Source of the DNA: an uncultured Alphaproteobacteria bacterium
Lineage (GTDB): Bacteria; Pseudomonadota; Alphaproteobacteria; Rhizobiales; Rhizobiaceae
Direction: 5' to 3'
NCBI GenBank assembly: GCA_963792485.1
Contig: CAWBWL010000008.1
Span: forward strand, 168,871 to 232,870
Length of the DNA stretch: 64,000 bases
The translations under genes and the position numbers were made by a program. Below are positions 1 through 11,259 of this stretch, in pieces. Each line of letters opens with the position of its first letter. The first letter of the stretch is position 1. The notes under the pieces are model-generated. The model had not been told where the DNA came from. It saw only the letters and a list, made by a program, of their open reading frames with translations, and did not search any database.

Positions 1-312
1 CATGTCATTGGAGCAGAACCGCACTTTGCGGATCACCGGCACCGGCCGGTAGACATGCAGCGGACGGTAATAGTCGTGGCGCGGATGCACATTGCCGAAG
101 CGGAACTCAAAGCCGATGCGCGGGCCGCCATGATAGCGCGGATGACCTTGAAATACATGGCCGCGCGGATGATGGCCAATGCGCGGGCCGCAATGAACGC
201 CGCCCGGATGGCCGCATTTCACGTAGCTGCCAGCTTGGGCGGATATGCTGCCAAAGCCCAGCGTAAGTCCGATAACAGCGGCAATTGCCGCAAGTTTGGA
301 GAAAAATCTCAT
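1..312 (-). CDS. Secreted His/Gly/Pro/Arg-rich hypothetical protein, partial (runs off the window start)
   Basis: Minus-strand ATG at 310-312 with RBS GGGAGG 7 nt upstream. N-terminus MRFFSKLAAIAAVIGLTLGFGSISAQA is a signal peptide. The plus-strand ORF 55..360 is its mirror image. Confidence 0.4.
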   Translation of the reverse strand, partial: MRFFSKLAAIAAVIGLTLGFGSISAQAGSYVKCGHPGGVHCGPRIGHHPRGHVFQGHPRYHGGPRIGFEFRFGNVHPRHDYYRPLHVYRPVPVIRKVRFCSNDM

Positions 313-401
313 GAGGAGCCTCCCTGTGATGAGACAGACAACATAGTTAACCTAACATGAATGGCGCAGAAAAGCGCTGTTCATTTTCGGTTCATATCAG
401 C

Positions 402-860
402 TCACAGCGGCTTTTTGAGAAGGTGCAGAAGGTAGTCGTCGGTCCCCGGTAGATCATCCTCGAACGCCGTCACCCTGCCGCGAACCGACGCGCCTGCCGC
501 GTGCACGGAATTCTTGTCGCCCGACACCAGCGGATGCCAGTCAAACAAATCACGGCCTTCATGGATCAGCCGGTAAGCGCAGGTTTTCGGCAGCCATGCG
601 ATGGTCCCGACATTGTCCGGCGTCAGCTGCACGCAGTCGTGAACTTTTCGGGTGCGGTTGGCATAATCTCGGCAGGAGCACGCGCCGGAATCAAACAGCC
701 GGCAGGCAACGCTCGTCCAGACAATCTCGCCCGTGTCCTCATCCTCAAGCTTTGACATGCAGCATTTGCCGCAGCCGTCGCACAGCGATTCCCATTCGGC
801 CGGACTCATCTCGGTCAGGCCTTTGGTTTTCCAGAAGGGCAGCGTGCTCATGCCTTCCAT
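402..860 (-). CDS. ycgN: YcgN/UPF0260 family cysteine-cluster protein
   Basis: Full-length similarity to E. coli YcgN, including CDGCGKCC and the WLPxTCAYRL motif. Confidence 0.85.
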   Translation of the reverse strand: MEGMSTLPFWKTKGLTEMSPAEWESLCDGCGKCCMSKLEDEDTGEIVWTSVACRLFDSGACSCRDYANRTRKVHDCVQLTPDNVGTIAWLPKTCAYRLIHEGRDLFDWHPLVSGDKNSVHAAGASVRGRVTAFEDDLPGTDDYLLHLLKKPL

Positions 861-1012
861 TTAACCCGATGAACCGCAAATGAATACGGTTTTCAGCGGA
901 ACTTCAGAACAGGCGCGATAGTTGTGCGCAATCCCGGTGCGGTTCTCGCCCAAACCCGATTTTCGACGCATTTTGCCCGATAGTTGGGTCAACTAGAAAC
1001 ATAAGGGAGTGC

Positions 1013-3154
1013 ATGATGCGCTTGAACAGATCACTTTTGGCCCGGACGCTTTTGGCAAGTGTAGCCGCCGCTGCCTTGCTTGCAGCTGTCCCGGCAAGCG
1101 CCTTTCAACCCCTGCCGCGTCCGGACGGCCCGTCATTGATTGTCCGCGTCCAAGCCAGCGCCGCCGACGCCGAGGCCGCGCTGAACGATGCGATCGCCAA
1201 GCTCGAGGCGGCAAAGGCTGAAGGCGCAGATACCTCTCAACTGGAGGCCGCTGTAGAGGCCGCCAAAGCCAACCTGGCCGCCGCCCGGGAAGCAGAAGCA
1301 GGCGCGGCTAAAGCTGCCGAAGAAGCCGCTGCCGCGAAAGCCGCCGAAGATGCAGCTGCGGCCAAAGCTGCAGAAGAGGCTGCCGCAGCCAAAGCTGCCG
1401 AGGAAGCCGCTGCCGCGAAAGCCGCCGAAGATGCAGCTGCAGCCAAAGCTGCCGAGGAAGCCGCCGCGGCCAAAGCTGCCGAGGAAGCCGCTGCCGCGAA
1501 AGCCGCCGAAGATGCAGCTGCAGCCAAAGCTGCCGAGGAAGCCGCCGCCGCGAAAGCCGCCGAAGACGCAGCCGCGGCCAAAGGCGCCGAAGACGCAGCC
1601 GCAGCAAAAGCTGCCGAAGATGCGGCGGCTGCAAAGGCCGCTGAGGACGCAGCTGCTGCGAAAGCTGCCGAGGATGCTGCCGCCGCGAAGGCCGCTGAGG
1701 ATGCCGCTGCAGCAAAGGCAGCAGAGGAGGCTGCAGCCAAAGCTGCCGCTGACGCAGAAGCGGCAAAAGCTGCGGGCGATGCCGAGGCCATTAAAGCGGC
1801 TGAGGAAGCTGCGGCCAAGGCCGCTCAGGACGCGGAGGCTGCAAAAGCCGCCAGCGACGCCGCCGCCGCTAAAGCAGCGGAAGAAGCGGCTGCCGCAAAG
1901 GCGGCTGAGGATGCCGCTGCTGCGGCAAAGGCCGCAGAGCCAGCGCCCGCAGATCCCGCCGCGCCCGCACCTGTTGAGCCGGCGGCAACGCCCGCCGAGC
2001 CTGCCCCGGCCCCGGTGCTGGAGCAATTGCCGGAGGCCCAGATGCAAGATGCGGCCCCCATGCTCGACAGCGCCAAGGAGGTGTTGGCGCCCCCGCCGCC
2101 GCCAGCCGAAGGTCAACCTGCCCTGCCCGCGCCTGCGCCTGTCGATCCTGCCCTTGCAACAGCGCCGCCGCCGACGGACGACAATAATGCCCGCGAAGCG
2201 CTTGAATCCATCGTCATCCAGGCGATAACCCAGGAGACTGGCGAGCGCATTAACGAGTTCCCGCCCGCCCCTCCCCCGCCGCCGCAGGAGGAAGTGGTCA
2301 AAGTCATCGACAACCGCACGATCTTCACTATCAACAACATCACCTATGTCGAAGCGCCGGAAACCCAGCGCCTCGTGCGCCAGGACGATGAGGTCATCAT
2401 CGAGCGCCTGCCGCGTCAGCGCACGCGTGAGACGATTGTGCGCGAAAACGGCGTGCAGGTCGTGACCATCAAAAACCGCTGGGGCGATGTCATCCAGCGC
2501 TCGCGCATTCTGCCGGATGGCCGCGAGGTGATCCTCGCCTATACGCCGGAGAATGACCGCGAGGAGTATGTCGAATGGCGCGACCCGGTCTATGACCTGC
2601 CGCCGCTGCGCCTGCGAATTGATGTGCGCGACTACACGCTGGACGCCCGCACTGTCGAAGAAGACGATGACGAGGAAGTCTATTACCGCTTCCTCGAACA
2701 GCCTCCGGTCGAACGCGTCGAGCGCGTCTATTCGGTGCTCGACGTCAAGCGCTCCGCCCGCGTGCGCGACAAGGCGCGGCGCATCGAGATGGGCAACATA
2801 ACCTTCGGCTTCGGCACCGCCGATATTGAAGAAGACCAGATCGACAAGCTGCAGGGCATGGCCGACGCCATGCTGAAGCTGATCAAGAAAAACCCGGCGG
2901 AAACCTTCCTGATCGAAGGCCACACTGACGCGGTCGGCTCCGAGAATGCCAATCTCGCTTTGTCCGACAAACGCGCCGAAAGCGTCGCCATCGCGCTCGC
3001 CAACGTCTTCGACGTGCCCTCGGAAAATCTGACCACACAGGGCTATGGCGAACGTTATCTGAAAGTGAAAACGGACACGAAAGAGCCGCTCAACCGCCGC
3101 GTCGTGTTCAGACGCATCACGCCGCTGGTGACGCCGGTCGCGAGCGCGCAGTAG
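1013..3154 (+). CDS. OmpA-family protein with signal peptide, long Ala/Glu/Lys-rich tandem-repeat region, Pro-rich linker and C-terminal OmpA domain
   Basis: RBS AAGGGAG before the ATG. N-terminal signal peptide. C-terminal TFLIEGHTDAVGSENANLALSDKRAESV...RRVVF is a classical OmpA_C peptidoglycan-binding domain. Confidence 0.85.
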   Translation: MMRLNRSLLARTLLASVAAAALLAAVPASAFQPLPRPDGPSLIVRVQASAADAEAALNDAIAKLEAAKAEGADTSQLEAAVEAAKANLAAAREAEAGAAKAAEEAAAAKAAEDAAAAKAAEEAAAAKAAEEAAAAKAAEDAAAAKAAEEAAAAKAAEEAAAAKAAEDAAAAKAAEEAAAAKAAEDAAAAKGAEDAAAAKAAEDAAAAKAAEDAAAAKAAEDAAAAKAAEDAAAAKAAEEAAAKAAADAEAAKAAGDAEAIKAAEEAAAKAAQDAEAAKAASDAAAAKAAEEAAAAKAAEDAAAAAKAAEPAPADPAAPAPVEPAATPAEPAPAPVLEQLPEAQMQDAAPMLDSAKEVLAPPPPPAEGQPALPAPAPVDPALATAPPPTDDNNAREALESIVIQAITQETGERINEFPPAPPPPPQEEVVKVIDNRTIFTINNITYVEAPETQRLVRQDDEVIIERLPRQRTRETIVRENGVQVVTIKNRWGDVIQRSRILPDGREVILAYTPENDREEYVEWRDPVYDLPPLRLRIDVRDYTLDARTVEEDDDEEVYYRFLEQPPVERVERVYSVLDVKRSARVRDKARRIEMGNITFGFGTADIEEDQIDKLQGMADAMLKLIKKNPAETFLIEGHTDAVGSENANLALSDKRAESVAIALANVFDVPSENLTTQGYGERYLKVKTDTKEPLNRRVVFRRITPLVTPVASAQ
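1290..1925 (+). repeat. Imperfect tandem array inside the OmpA-family gene (about 54-bp unit encoding AAKAAEEAAAAKAAEDAA, more than 10 copies)
   Basis: Visible periodicity in both DNA and the translated protein. It also generates spurious long ORFs in the other frames. Confidence 0.8.
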
Positions 3155-3193
3155 GCAACACAACTAAGGAAGGGCCGGACCAGCTCCGGCCCT

Positions 3194-3556
3194 TCAATCC
3201 TCCTCCTCCTCCACATGAAACCGGTGCAGCACCCTGTGCAACACCGGCGCCAATATCAGCCCCGCCACCGCAAATATCAGCAGCCCGCAGAAAATCGCAT
3301 ACACCCCCGCGAAAATCTTCGCGCCGTCGCTGGTCAGCTCCCCGACCGGCCCCATGCCCGATAGGATCATCGCCGAATTGAGAAAGGCGTCCACCGGCTC
3401 CATCCCGGCGAAATAGACATAGCCGGCCATGCCGATGGCGAGCGCCGCTGCGACCGTCAGCGACCCGGCGGTGATGTTGAAGGCGAGGCGCGAGCGGAAC
3501 TTCGCCTTGGGCGCCAAAGCCTCGCCACGTTTTTCGAAATGAAACAGATTTCGCAT
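3194..3556 (-). CDS. Small integral membrane protein, possibly ion-channel (Ion_trans_2)-like
   Basis: Two predicted TM helices flank a pore-helix-like segment DAFLNSAMILSGMGPVG, and the tail is acidic. The family assignment is tentative. Confidence 0.35.
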   Translation of the reverse strand: MRNLFHFEKRGEALAPKAKFRSRLAFNITAGSLTVAAALAIGMAGYVYFAGMEPVDAFLNSAMILSGMGPVGELTSDGAKIFAGVYAIFCGLLIFAVAGLILAPVLHRVLHRFHVEEEED

Positions 3557-3639
3557 GCCGCCTCCATCTTGCCGGGTCTGCGCCGTAGCGTTTAAGTGCC
3601 TTCAGCATTTCACAAAACCAAATCAGGCACAAAACATCC

Positions 3640-4161
3640 ATGAAACGTTTGGAACTCGCCGTTGAATCCCTGCTTCTCGCCTCGCGCTGGCTGCTGGTCG
3701 TTTTCTATCTCGGCCTCGCTTTGGCGCTCGCCGTCTACGCGCTCACCTTCGCCAAGAAACTTTACGCCTTCATGCTCAGCGCCCTGACACTGGACGAGGC
3801 GGACTCGATCCTGTCGATGCTCTCGCTCATCGACGCCGCGCTGGTCGCGAGCCTTGTCGTGATGGTGATGATCTCGGGCTATGAGAGTTTCGTGTCGCAG
3901 TTTGACGCCGAGGACGATGTCCACTGGCTCGGCACAATCGATTCCGGTTCGCTGAAAATCAAAGTCGCATCGACCATCGTCGCCATCTCCTCCATCGACC
4001 TTCTGCAAATCTTCCTCGACATCACAAAATATGAAAACGACAAGATGATGTGGGCGACGCTCATGCACCTCGCCTTTGTGTTTTCGGCGCTGATCCTTGC
4101 TTATGTCGACCGGCTGACGAATGCCGGGAAAGCGGCGAAGAAGGGGCAGGAGACGATCTGA
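3640..4161 (+). CDS. yqhA: YqhA/UPF0114 family membrane protein
   Basis: Strong similarity to E. coli YqhA (SRWLLxPVYxGL ... SGYENFVSQ ... WLGK ... LTFVLSA). Confidence 0.8.
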   Translation: MKRLELAVESLLLASRWLLVVFYLGLALALAVYALTFAKKLYAFMLSALTLDEADSILSMLSLIDAALVASLVVMVMISGYESFVSQFDAEDDVHWLGTIDSGSLKIKVASTIVAISSIDLLQIFLDITKYENDKMMWATLMHLAFVFSALILAYVDRLTNAGKAAKKGQETI

Positions 4162-4170
4162 CCACCAGAG

Positions 4171-4533
4171 ATGCAGCGCATGGCAAAACACAGAATCTAT
4201 ACGATGAGCTTCGCAAGCGTTTATCCCCATTATGTCGCAAAAGCCGAAAAAAGGGGGCGCACAAAAGCGGAGGTCGATCAGATCATTTCCTGGCTGACCG
4301 GCTATGGCCCGAAAGAGCTTGAGACCCAGCTGCAAACGCGCACGGACTTCGAGACATTCTTCTCAGACGCCCCGGTCATGAATCCCGCGCGCGCCTTGAT
4401 CAAGGGCGTCATTTGCGGCGTGAGGGTCGAGGACATCGAAGAGCCGGTCATGCGGGAAATCCGCTATCTCGACAAGCTTGTTGACGAGCTGGCGAAGGGC
4501 AAGGCGATGGAGAAGATTTTGCGGCAGGGGTGA
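4171..4533 (+). CDS. DUF2200 domain-containing protein
   Basis: [34 protein letters not shown] matches the conserved DUF2200 N-terminus. Confidence 0.7.
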   Translation: MQRMAKHRIYTMSFASVYPHYVAKAEKRGRTKAEVDQIISWLTGYGPKELETQLQTRTDFETFFSDAPVMNPARALIKGVICGVRVEDIEEPVMREIRYLDKLVDELAKGKAMEKILRQG

Positions 4534-4552
4534 CTGCTGGGCGGCCTGCCGC

Positions 4553-4831
4553 CTACTGAAAAATCCCCTCCCCGCTCTGATCAATAATCAGCTGCGCCTT
4601 CACAAACGCAAACTGCTCGGCCTCATCCTTCGACGAAAACAAATCCGCGCGCACGAATTTGTGCTCTTTGGTCACGCCGCCAATCTCCTTTGTGATCAGT
4701 CCGGCAAGCCGCCACTGCCCGCCTTCCTTGATCGGCGTGGCGACAATGGAATAGCCCTTATACTCCTGCGCCGCGCCGGCTTTGACACCCGCGCCATCTC
4801 CGCCGCCAAAAATCTTCTTGAGCCAGGACAT
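4553..4831 (-). CDS. HlyU-like small protein (Rhizobiales 'transcriptional activator HlyU' family)
   Basis: 92 aa with MSWLKKIFGGG N-terminus and a conserved central/C-terminal pattern, as recalled for HlyU-type proteins. Confidence 0.5.
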   Translation of the reverse strand: MSWLKKIFGGGDGAGVKAGAAQEYKGYSIVATPIKEGGQWRLAGLITKEIGGVTKEHKFVRADLFSSKDEAEQFAFVKAQLIIDQSGEGIFQ

Positions 4832-4948
4832 CAGTCTCTCCGCCGTTCACGAACTGTTGACAGACTAAAGCCTGATAGGACGGGGAAGCAAGCGGCGTTG
4901 CTGTGCTAGTCTGATTCCGCGGGGGCGCAAATTAAGGAGACTGGTCCA

Positions 4949-5902
4949 ATGTTCAGCCCTTCAACGCCTCAATCCAACTTGATTTTTCTCGACCGGCGCA
5001 AGTTTCTGGCGCTCGCCGCCACGCTCACTGCTGCAGGCCTTCTGCCGGACAGTGTGCTGGCGCTCGCCGGTCCATATGCGTTCAAGCAGGGCGCCTATGA
5101 CGTCACTGTTGTTACCGACGGCACGCTGAAGCTCAACATTGCGCAGGTCTTTCCCGGCGCCCCCGTTGAGGATGTAAAGAAACTTCTCGGTCCCGCCGTC
5201 GCAGGTGACGAGGCGAGCGTCGAGGTCAATGTCCTGCTGCTCAAATCCGGCAGCGACGCAATCCTAATCGACACCGGCGCAGGCGGGGCCATGTCGCCGA
5301 CGGCTGGTAAACTGCTCGAAAGCCTGAAAGCGGCAGGCACGGAAGCCTCCGCCATCACCAAGGTGATCTACACCCACGCCCACCCGGACCATCTGTGGGG
5401 ATCCGTCGGCAAGGACGGCGCATTGACCTTCCCCAACGCCTCGTTCCACATGGCCGAGACCGAGCACAATTTCTGGGCCGCGCCGGACCTCGTCTCCAAA
5501 ATGCCGAAGGAAATGCAAGGCATGGTACAGGGCATTCAGGGGCAATTGACCGCCATCAAGGACAAGCTGACCTTCTTCAAGCCCGGCGCGGAAGTGGTCC
5601 CCGGCGTCATGGCGCTCGACACGGCGGGCCACACGCCCGGCCATGTCTCGTTTGAACTGGCAGGCGGCGACGGCCTCATCCTGACCGGCGACTGCATCAC
5701 CGCTGCCCTCGTTTTCTTCGCCCATCCCGACTGGAAATTCGGCTTCGACGCCGACCCGGACATGGCCATCGCCGCCCGCAAAAAGCTGCTTGGCATGGCG
5801 GCATCCGGCAAAAAGAAAATGCTCGGCTACCACTGGCCCTATCCGGGGCTGGCGATGGCGGAGGCAAAGGACGGCGCGTTTGTCTATGTGCCTGCGAGTT
5901 GA
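4949..5902 (+). CDS. MBL-fold metallo-hydrolase with Tat signal peptide
   Basis: RRKFLALAATLTAAGLL twin-arginine signal; HAHPDH metallo-beta-lactamase motif. Confidence 0.8.
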   Translation: MFSPSTPQSNLIFLDRRKFLALAATLTAAGLLPDSVLALAGPYAFKQGAYDVTVVTDGTLKLNIAQVFPGAPVEDVKKLLGPAVAGDEASVEVNVLLLKSGSDAILIDTGAGGAMSPTAGKLLESLKAAGTEASAITKVIYTHAHPDHLWGSVGKDGALTFPNASFHMAETEHNFWAAPDLVSKMPKEMQGMVQGIQGQLTAIKDKLTFFKPGAEVVPGVMALDTAGHTPGHVSFELAGGDGLILTGDCITAALVFFAHPDWKFGFDADPDMAIAARKKLLGMAASGKKKMLGYHWPYPGLAMAEAKDGAFVYVPAS

Positions 5903-6100
5903 TTTCGTTGACCGGGTGTCCCTCTGGGTGCCCGGTCAAATGAAGGAACATTGACGCAGCTGCCGGTTCGCGGCCCCCTCGAGTTTGGGTCAGACAAACT
6001 GTGCATGCCTGCGATATCCCATTGAAAAATAATGTGTTTGGGCGCAATATGCGCAGAACGCGATTTGCACTGGAGCAGACAGATAGTGGTATCGGAATCC

Positions 6101-6955
6101 ATGAGTAACCTTTCCCGCGCACTCCACGTTTGCGGGTTGGCAGCGATTTGTCTACTCGCCTTTGCGGCACCGTCCGCCGCCGCTGATGACAATCTGAACG
6201 CTGAGGACAAGCTGAAACTGAGAATGGGATTGGGCGTGGGAACCGCGCCGGATTATATCGGATCTGACGACTACACAGTGATCCCTTTTCCAAATTTTGA
6301 ACTCAGCTATGCAGGCTACGCCTTGCGCTCCAGCCGCCTCGGCGTTGAAGCCGATCTCGTCGGCATAACCGGCCTTGATGCAGGCCCCATCATTCGCTAC
6401 GACCGGGGCCGCTCTTCGAGCGTGGATGACAGTGTGGTCGCGCTTCTCCCGGAGGTGGATGGTTCGATCGAACTCGGCGGCTTCGTTGGCGCAGGCCTGC
6501 CTTTGAGCGTCATCGGCCTTGACAACTCGTCCATCATTACCGGGCGTGTCGAGTATTTGCAGGGCCTTGGTGGAGGCCATGAAGGCGCAACGATTGGGGC
6601 ATCCGTCGGCTTGGTCTCCCCGGTAACAGACTCCCTGACGCTGATCAGTTCGCTGTCCACCACCTACATGTCCGGCAGTTATGCCGACAGCTATTTTGAT
6701 ATTTCCGCCGCTGGCAGTGCGGCGAGCGGCCTGTCTGTCTTTGACGCTGACAATGGCTTCCGTGACGTCGGGATAACCTTTGTGGCCAATTACGAATTGA
6801 ATGAAAACTGGTCCGTCAACGGCGTCGGAAGCTTCACCCGCCTCATCGGCGACGCCGCCGCAAGCCCGATCGTCGCAGAGCGCGGCTCAAGCAACCAGTT
6901 CCTCGGCGGGCTTGGATTTCAGCTATACGTTCAAGTGAAGCGGCAGGCGGCCTGA
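6101..6955 (+). CDS. MipA/OmpV family outer-membrane protein
   Basis: Signal peptide, then LKLRMGLGVGTAPDYIGSDDY and an alternating beta-strand pattern typical of MipA/OmpV. Confidence 0.6.
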   Translation: MSNLSRALHVCGLAAICLLAFAAPSAAADDNLNAEDKLKLRMGLGVGTAPDYIGSDDYTVIPFPNFELSYAGYALRSSRLGVEADLVGITGLDAGPIIRYDRGRSSSVDDSVVALLPEVDGSIELGGFVGAGLPLSVIGLDNSSIITGRVEYLQGLGGGHEGATIGASVGLVSPVTDSLTLISSLSTTYMSGSYADSYFDISAAGSAASGLSVFDADNGFRDVGITFVANYELNENWSVNGVGSFTRLIGDAAASPIVAERGSSNQFLGGLGFQLYVQVKRQAA

Positions 6956-7040
6956 ACAGAGGCTCAGGTGACAAAAACCGCGCCCGCGCCCGCCAGTGAA
7001 CCTTCAGAAAAAACCCGGCATCGCTGCCGGGCTTGATGTC

Positions 7041-9092
7041 TCAACTATCCAAAAAGCTCCGCAGCTTCCTGCGACCTGCTCGGATGCTTCAGCTTCCTGC
7101 AGCGCCTTCGCCTCGATCTGCCGTATCCGCTCGCGCGTCACGCAGAACTGCTGGCCGACTTCTTCCAGCGTGTGGTCGGTGTTCATGCCGATGCCGAAGC
7201 GCATGCGCAGGACGCGCTCTTCGCGCGGGGTGAGCGAGGCGAGGACGCGGGTTGTGGTTTCGCGCAAGTTCGCCTGGATGGCGGCGTCGATGGGCAGCAG
7301 CGCGTTTTTGTCTTCGATGAAATCGCCGAGATGCGAATCCTCCTCGTCGCCCACCGGCGTTTCGAGGCTGATCGGCTCCTTGGCGATTTTGAGAACCTTG
7401 CGCACTTTCTCAAGCGGCATGGCGAGCTTTTCGGCCAGCTCTTCCGGCGTCGGCTCGCGGCCGATTTCGTGCAGCATCTGGCGGCAGGTGCGCACGATCT
7501 TGTTGATCGTCTCGATCATGTGCACCGGAATGCGGATGGTGCGCGCTTGGTCGGCAATCGAGCGCGTGATCGCCTGGCGTATCCACCAGGTCGCATAGGT
7601 CGAGAATTTGTAGCCGCGGCGGTATTCGAATTTGTCGACCGCCTTCATCAGGCCGATATTGCCTTCCTGGATGAGGTCGAGGAACTGCAGGCCGCGGTTG
7701 GTGTATTTCTTGGCGATGGAAATGACGAGGCGCAGGTTGGCCTCGACCATTTCCTTCTTGGCGATGCCCGCTTCGCGCTCGCCCTTCTGCACCTGATTGA
7801 CGATCTTGCGGAATTCGAGAACCGGAATGGCCGTTTCCTGCGCGATTTCCTGAATCTCGGCGCGGATGCCCTTGATCGTCTCTTTCTCGGACTTGGTGAA
7901 TTCCTTCCAGCCGCGCCCGGCCAGGTTTGACACCGACTGCATCCAGTTCGGATCGAGCTCGGAGCCGGAATATTCCTTGAGGAAATCCTCGCGCTTGACG
8001 CCATAGCTCTCGGCAAGACGCAGCAGGCGGCCTTCGTTCTGCACGAGCCGCTTGTTGATGTCATACAGATGCAGCACCAGCGCCTCGATGCGGGCATTGT
8101 TGAGCGACAGCGACTTGACGGCGGTGACCAGCTCATCCTTCAGCTGCTTGTAGCGGCGCTCCTGGCTGGTCGACAGATTGCCGGTGGCCGCCATGCGGTT
8201 CTCGACCTGCTGGTCCTGCAGCTTGCGCAGCTTCTTGTAGGTGTCGGCGATCGTGTCAAGGATTTCCATGACCTGCGGGCGGATTTCCGCTTCCATCGCC
8301 GCGAGCGACAGGTTGACCTCGTCCTCTTCTTCTTCCTCTTCCTCGATCTGGATGCCTTCGCCGCCGACATTGGTGATGTCTTCTTCGTCGCGCCGCGCAT
8401 TGTAGCGCTTGGTGCGCTCGTCAATGCGCGCCGCGCACTTCTTCGGCCGGCCGCTCCACCTGCGGCGCAGCCTTGGCTTCCGGGCCGGCATAGGTGGTTT
8501 CGAGATCAATGATCTCGCGCAGCAGCGTGCGGCCTTCGTTCAGCTCATCGCGCCAGATGATGATCGCCTGGAATGTCAGCGGGCTTTCGCAAAGGCCCGC
8601 AATCATCGTCTCGCGGCCGGCCTCGATGCGCTTGGCAATGGCGATTTCGCCTTCGCGCGACAGCAGCTCGACCGCGCCCATTTCGCGCAAATACATGCGC
8701 ACCGGATCGTCCGTGCGGTCGGTCGGCTCTTTCTTGGTGGTGACGGCGACAACGGCCGAGCCGGTCGCCTCGACAATGTCGCCGACTTCCTGCTCTTCCT
8801 CCTGCGCCTCTTCCTTCTCTTCTTCCGCGCCCTCTTCCTCTTCGACGACATTAATGCCCATGTCGGAGAGCATGGACATGGTGTCCTCGAGCTGGTCGGA
8901 GGTCACTTCCTCCTGCGGCAGCACGGTGTTGAGTTCGTCAAGCGTCACATAGCCGCGCTTCTTGGCGGCCTTGATCATCTTCTTGACCGCATCATCCGAA
9001 AGGTCGAGAAGCGGACCATCCGTCGTGGTTTCACGCTCGGTCTCGGCTTCTTCTTTTTCTTTCGTCTTCGTTGCCATGAAAGAATTCTCCAA
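7041..9092 (-). pseudogene. rpoD: RNA polymerase sigma-70 factor RpoD, interrupted by at least two 1-bp indels (about 7085 and 8430-8500)
   Basis: N-terminal regions 1.1/1.2 (ORF 8421..9092) and regions 2-4 (ORF 7004..8509: [38 protein letters not shown] ...) lie in different frames. The C-terminus [18 protein letters not shown] is readable only after removing one base near 7085. Confidence 0.9.
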
Positions 9093-9333
9093 TCGAGCGC
9101 GCGGACAGGGGCGGAAAACGGCCCGCCTGCCTTTAGCCGGTTATGACCCTTGACCTGTTAAAGCGCGATTAACCTTGATTTTCCCCCGCCGCAGCCAGGG
9201 GCATGCCTATAGAAATGTGGTTTCAAACCTGTTTTTCAACCGGCGGACCGGGATTCTTGGCGCCGGGCGGCGTGATTCCCTCATTTTGCCCGCGCGTCAA
9301 GGCCGATTCCATGATTCGGGGGTAAAAAGCGAA

Positions 9334-11259
9334 TCAATTCGCGGACTTGGACCCCACCCGCCCGGACATGACGCCGAACCCGTCGAGCAAAGCTTCGGTG
9401 GCGTTGGCGTTGTGCATTTGCGCGCGAATGTCGAGAAGCCGCTCGAAATTCTCGTCATTTGCCTCTGCCGCAAGCGCTGCTTCGGCAAAGCGCAGCTCCT
9501 TGTTGAGGTTGCGCGTCAAATGGTGCAGGTGCAGCGCCTGCCGCCACGCTTCGCGCACATCTTCAATCGCCGCGTCAGGCATGGCCACCCAAAGCTGCGA
9601 GCGCGCCACGAGCCCGGCGAGTATGTCAAGCGTCGGCCCCTGCCCTGCGCCGCTGAGCAGCTTCTCCAGTCCGCCATTAGAGCTGAGATCGGCAACAGCA
9701 AGCACCGATAGCATGGCGCTGTGCAGACTTTGCAGATCACCGTTGGGCAGTTCGATGTCGGTAAAAGCCGCAAAATCCTCTTCAATCAGCGCCGGATGAT
9801 GCACCGCCATCATCAGGATCGCCGCCTCGCGCAGCGCCACGCCCGCTTGCGGCCCGCGCACCAGCGCCGAGCGCGTCGAGATTTTCCGATACCGCGAACC
9901 GCCCCTTGGCCTGTCCCGGTTTCGAATAGCCTGAAGATGCGGCGCGCTCGCCGGCATTGCGCGGCCGCTCATTGGTGCCAAAGAACGAGCGCATGCGCTC
10001 GCGCAAATCCTGCGCATAATGGCGGCGGATGCTTTCGTCCCCAATCGGCGCAGTCACAGCCCGCAGCCGCTGTTCCAGCTCCGCGCGCCGCTCGGGTGTA
10101 TCAAAGCTTGCCAGCCGACGTTTCGCGCGACCAGATCATGTCGATCAGCGGCCGCGCTTCACTCGAGAACTTGCGCAAACGTCTCCGGCCCGCCGGACTT
10201 GACAAGATCATCCGGGTCCTTGCCGTCCGGCAACAGCGCAAAGCGCAGCGACTTGCCGGGCTTCAAAAGCGGCAGCGCCATATCCGCCGCCCGCAGCGCC
10301 GCGCGCATGCCCGCCTGATCGCCGTCAAAACACATCACCGGTTCAGGCGCCATGCGCCACAACAGCTCAAGCTGGTTTTCCGTCAGCGCCGTGCCAAGCG
10401 GCGCAACCGCGTGATGGAATCCCGCCTGCGCCAGCGCGATCACGTCCATATAGCCTTCAACCGCAATAACGAGGCTCTTCTCCTGCACGGCTTTGCGGGC
10501 GCGGGCAAAATTGTAGAGTATCTGCCCCTTGTGAAACAGCTCGGTCTCCGGCGAGTTGAGATATTTGGCAGGCGCGTCCGCCGCCATTGCCCGCCCGCCA
10601 AACGCGATCACGCGCCCGCGCGAATCTTCAATGGGATACATGATCCGGTCGCGGAAGCGGTCATAGGAGACGGGTATATCATCGCCAAACACGACAAGCC
10701 CGCAGGCTTCGATCTGGTCCTTTGCAATGCCTCTTCCAGCCAGGAATTCTTTCAGGCCCGACCGGGTCTCCGGCGCATATCCAATATGAAACGCGCTCTG
10801 CGTCTGCGCCGTCAGCCCGCGCCCGCGCAAATAGGCCCGCGCTTTCGCCCCCTCCGGCGCTTGCAATTTCTCCAGAAACCAGCCCGTGGCAAGCTTCATC
10901 ACATCATGCAGGCTCGCCCGCTCCTGCTCGCGCTTTTCGGCGTCCGGATCCCGGTCCGGCAGCGGCACGCCTGCCATGATGGCGATCTGCTCGACAGCTT
11001 CTGGAAAGTTCAAACCCTCAAGCTCAACCAGAAAACGGAAATGATCGCCGGACACGCCGCAGCCGAAGCAATGATAGCGCCCTTTGCGGTCCTCGCAGTG
11101 AAAGCTCGGCGACTTCTCGCCATGAAACGGACAGCAAGCCCAATGATCGCCGCGCCCCGGGTTCGACTTTTTCTTGTCAAACGTCACCCGCTTGCCGATG
11201 ACCGATGATATCGGCACCCGGTCACGGATTTCCTCCAGAAATGTAGGCGTAAAGCGCAT
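9334..11259 (-). pseudogene. dnaG: DNA primase DnaG, frameshifted around 10044-10160
   Basis: Zn-finger CPFHGEKSPSF, the TOPRIM region and the C-terminal helicase-binding domain are present but in two frames. dnaG-rpoD is the classical operon order. Confidence 0.85.

Noticed and set aside
55-360. 101-aa plus-strand ORF
   Set aside because: Mirror-frame artefact of the minus-strand secreted-protein gene (1..312). Ala/Arg/Met-rich low-complexity translation with no RBS.
1133-3163. 676-aa minus-strand ORF and other long ORFs (1237..1818, 1350..2228, 1308..1766) overlapping the OmpA-family gene
   Set aside because: Generated by the GC-rich tandem repeat. The translations are poly-Ala/Gly/Ser/Arg junk. 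The plus-strand gene has a signal peptide, an OmpA domain and an RBS.
7172-9146. Plus-strand ORFs (7172..7930, 8069..8512, 8409..9146) antisense to rpoD
   Set aside because: Antisense to a strongly conserved gene. High-GC stop-poor frames.
9721-11208. 495-aa plus-strand ORF
   Set aside because: Antisense to dnaG. Arg/Pro-rich composition.
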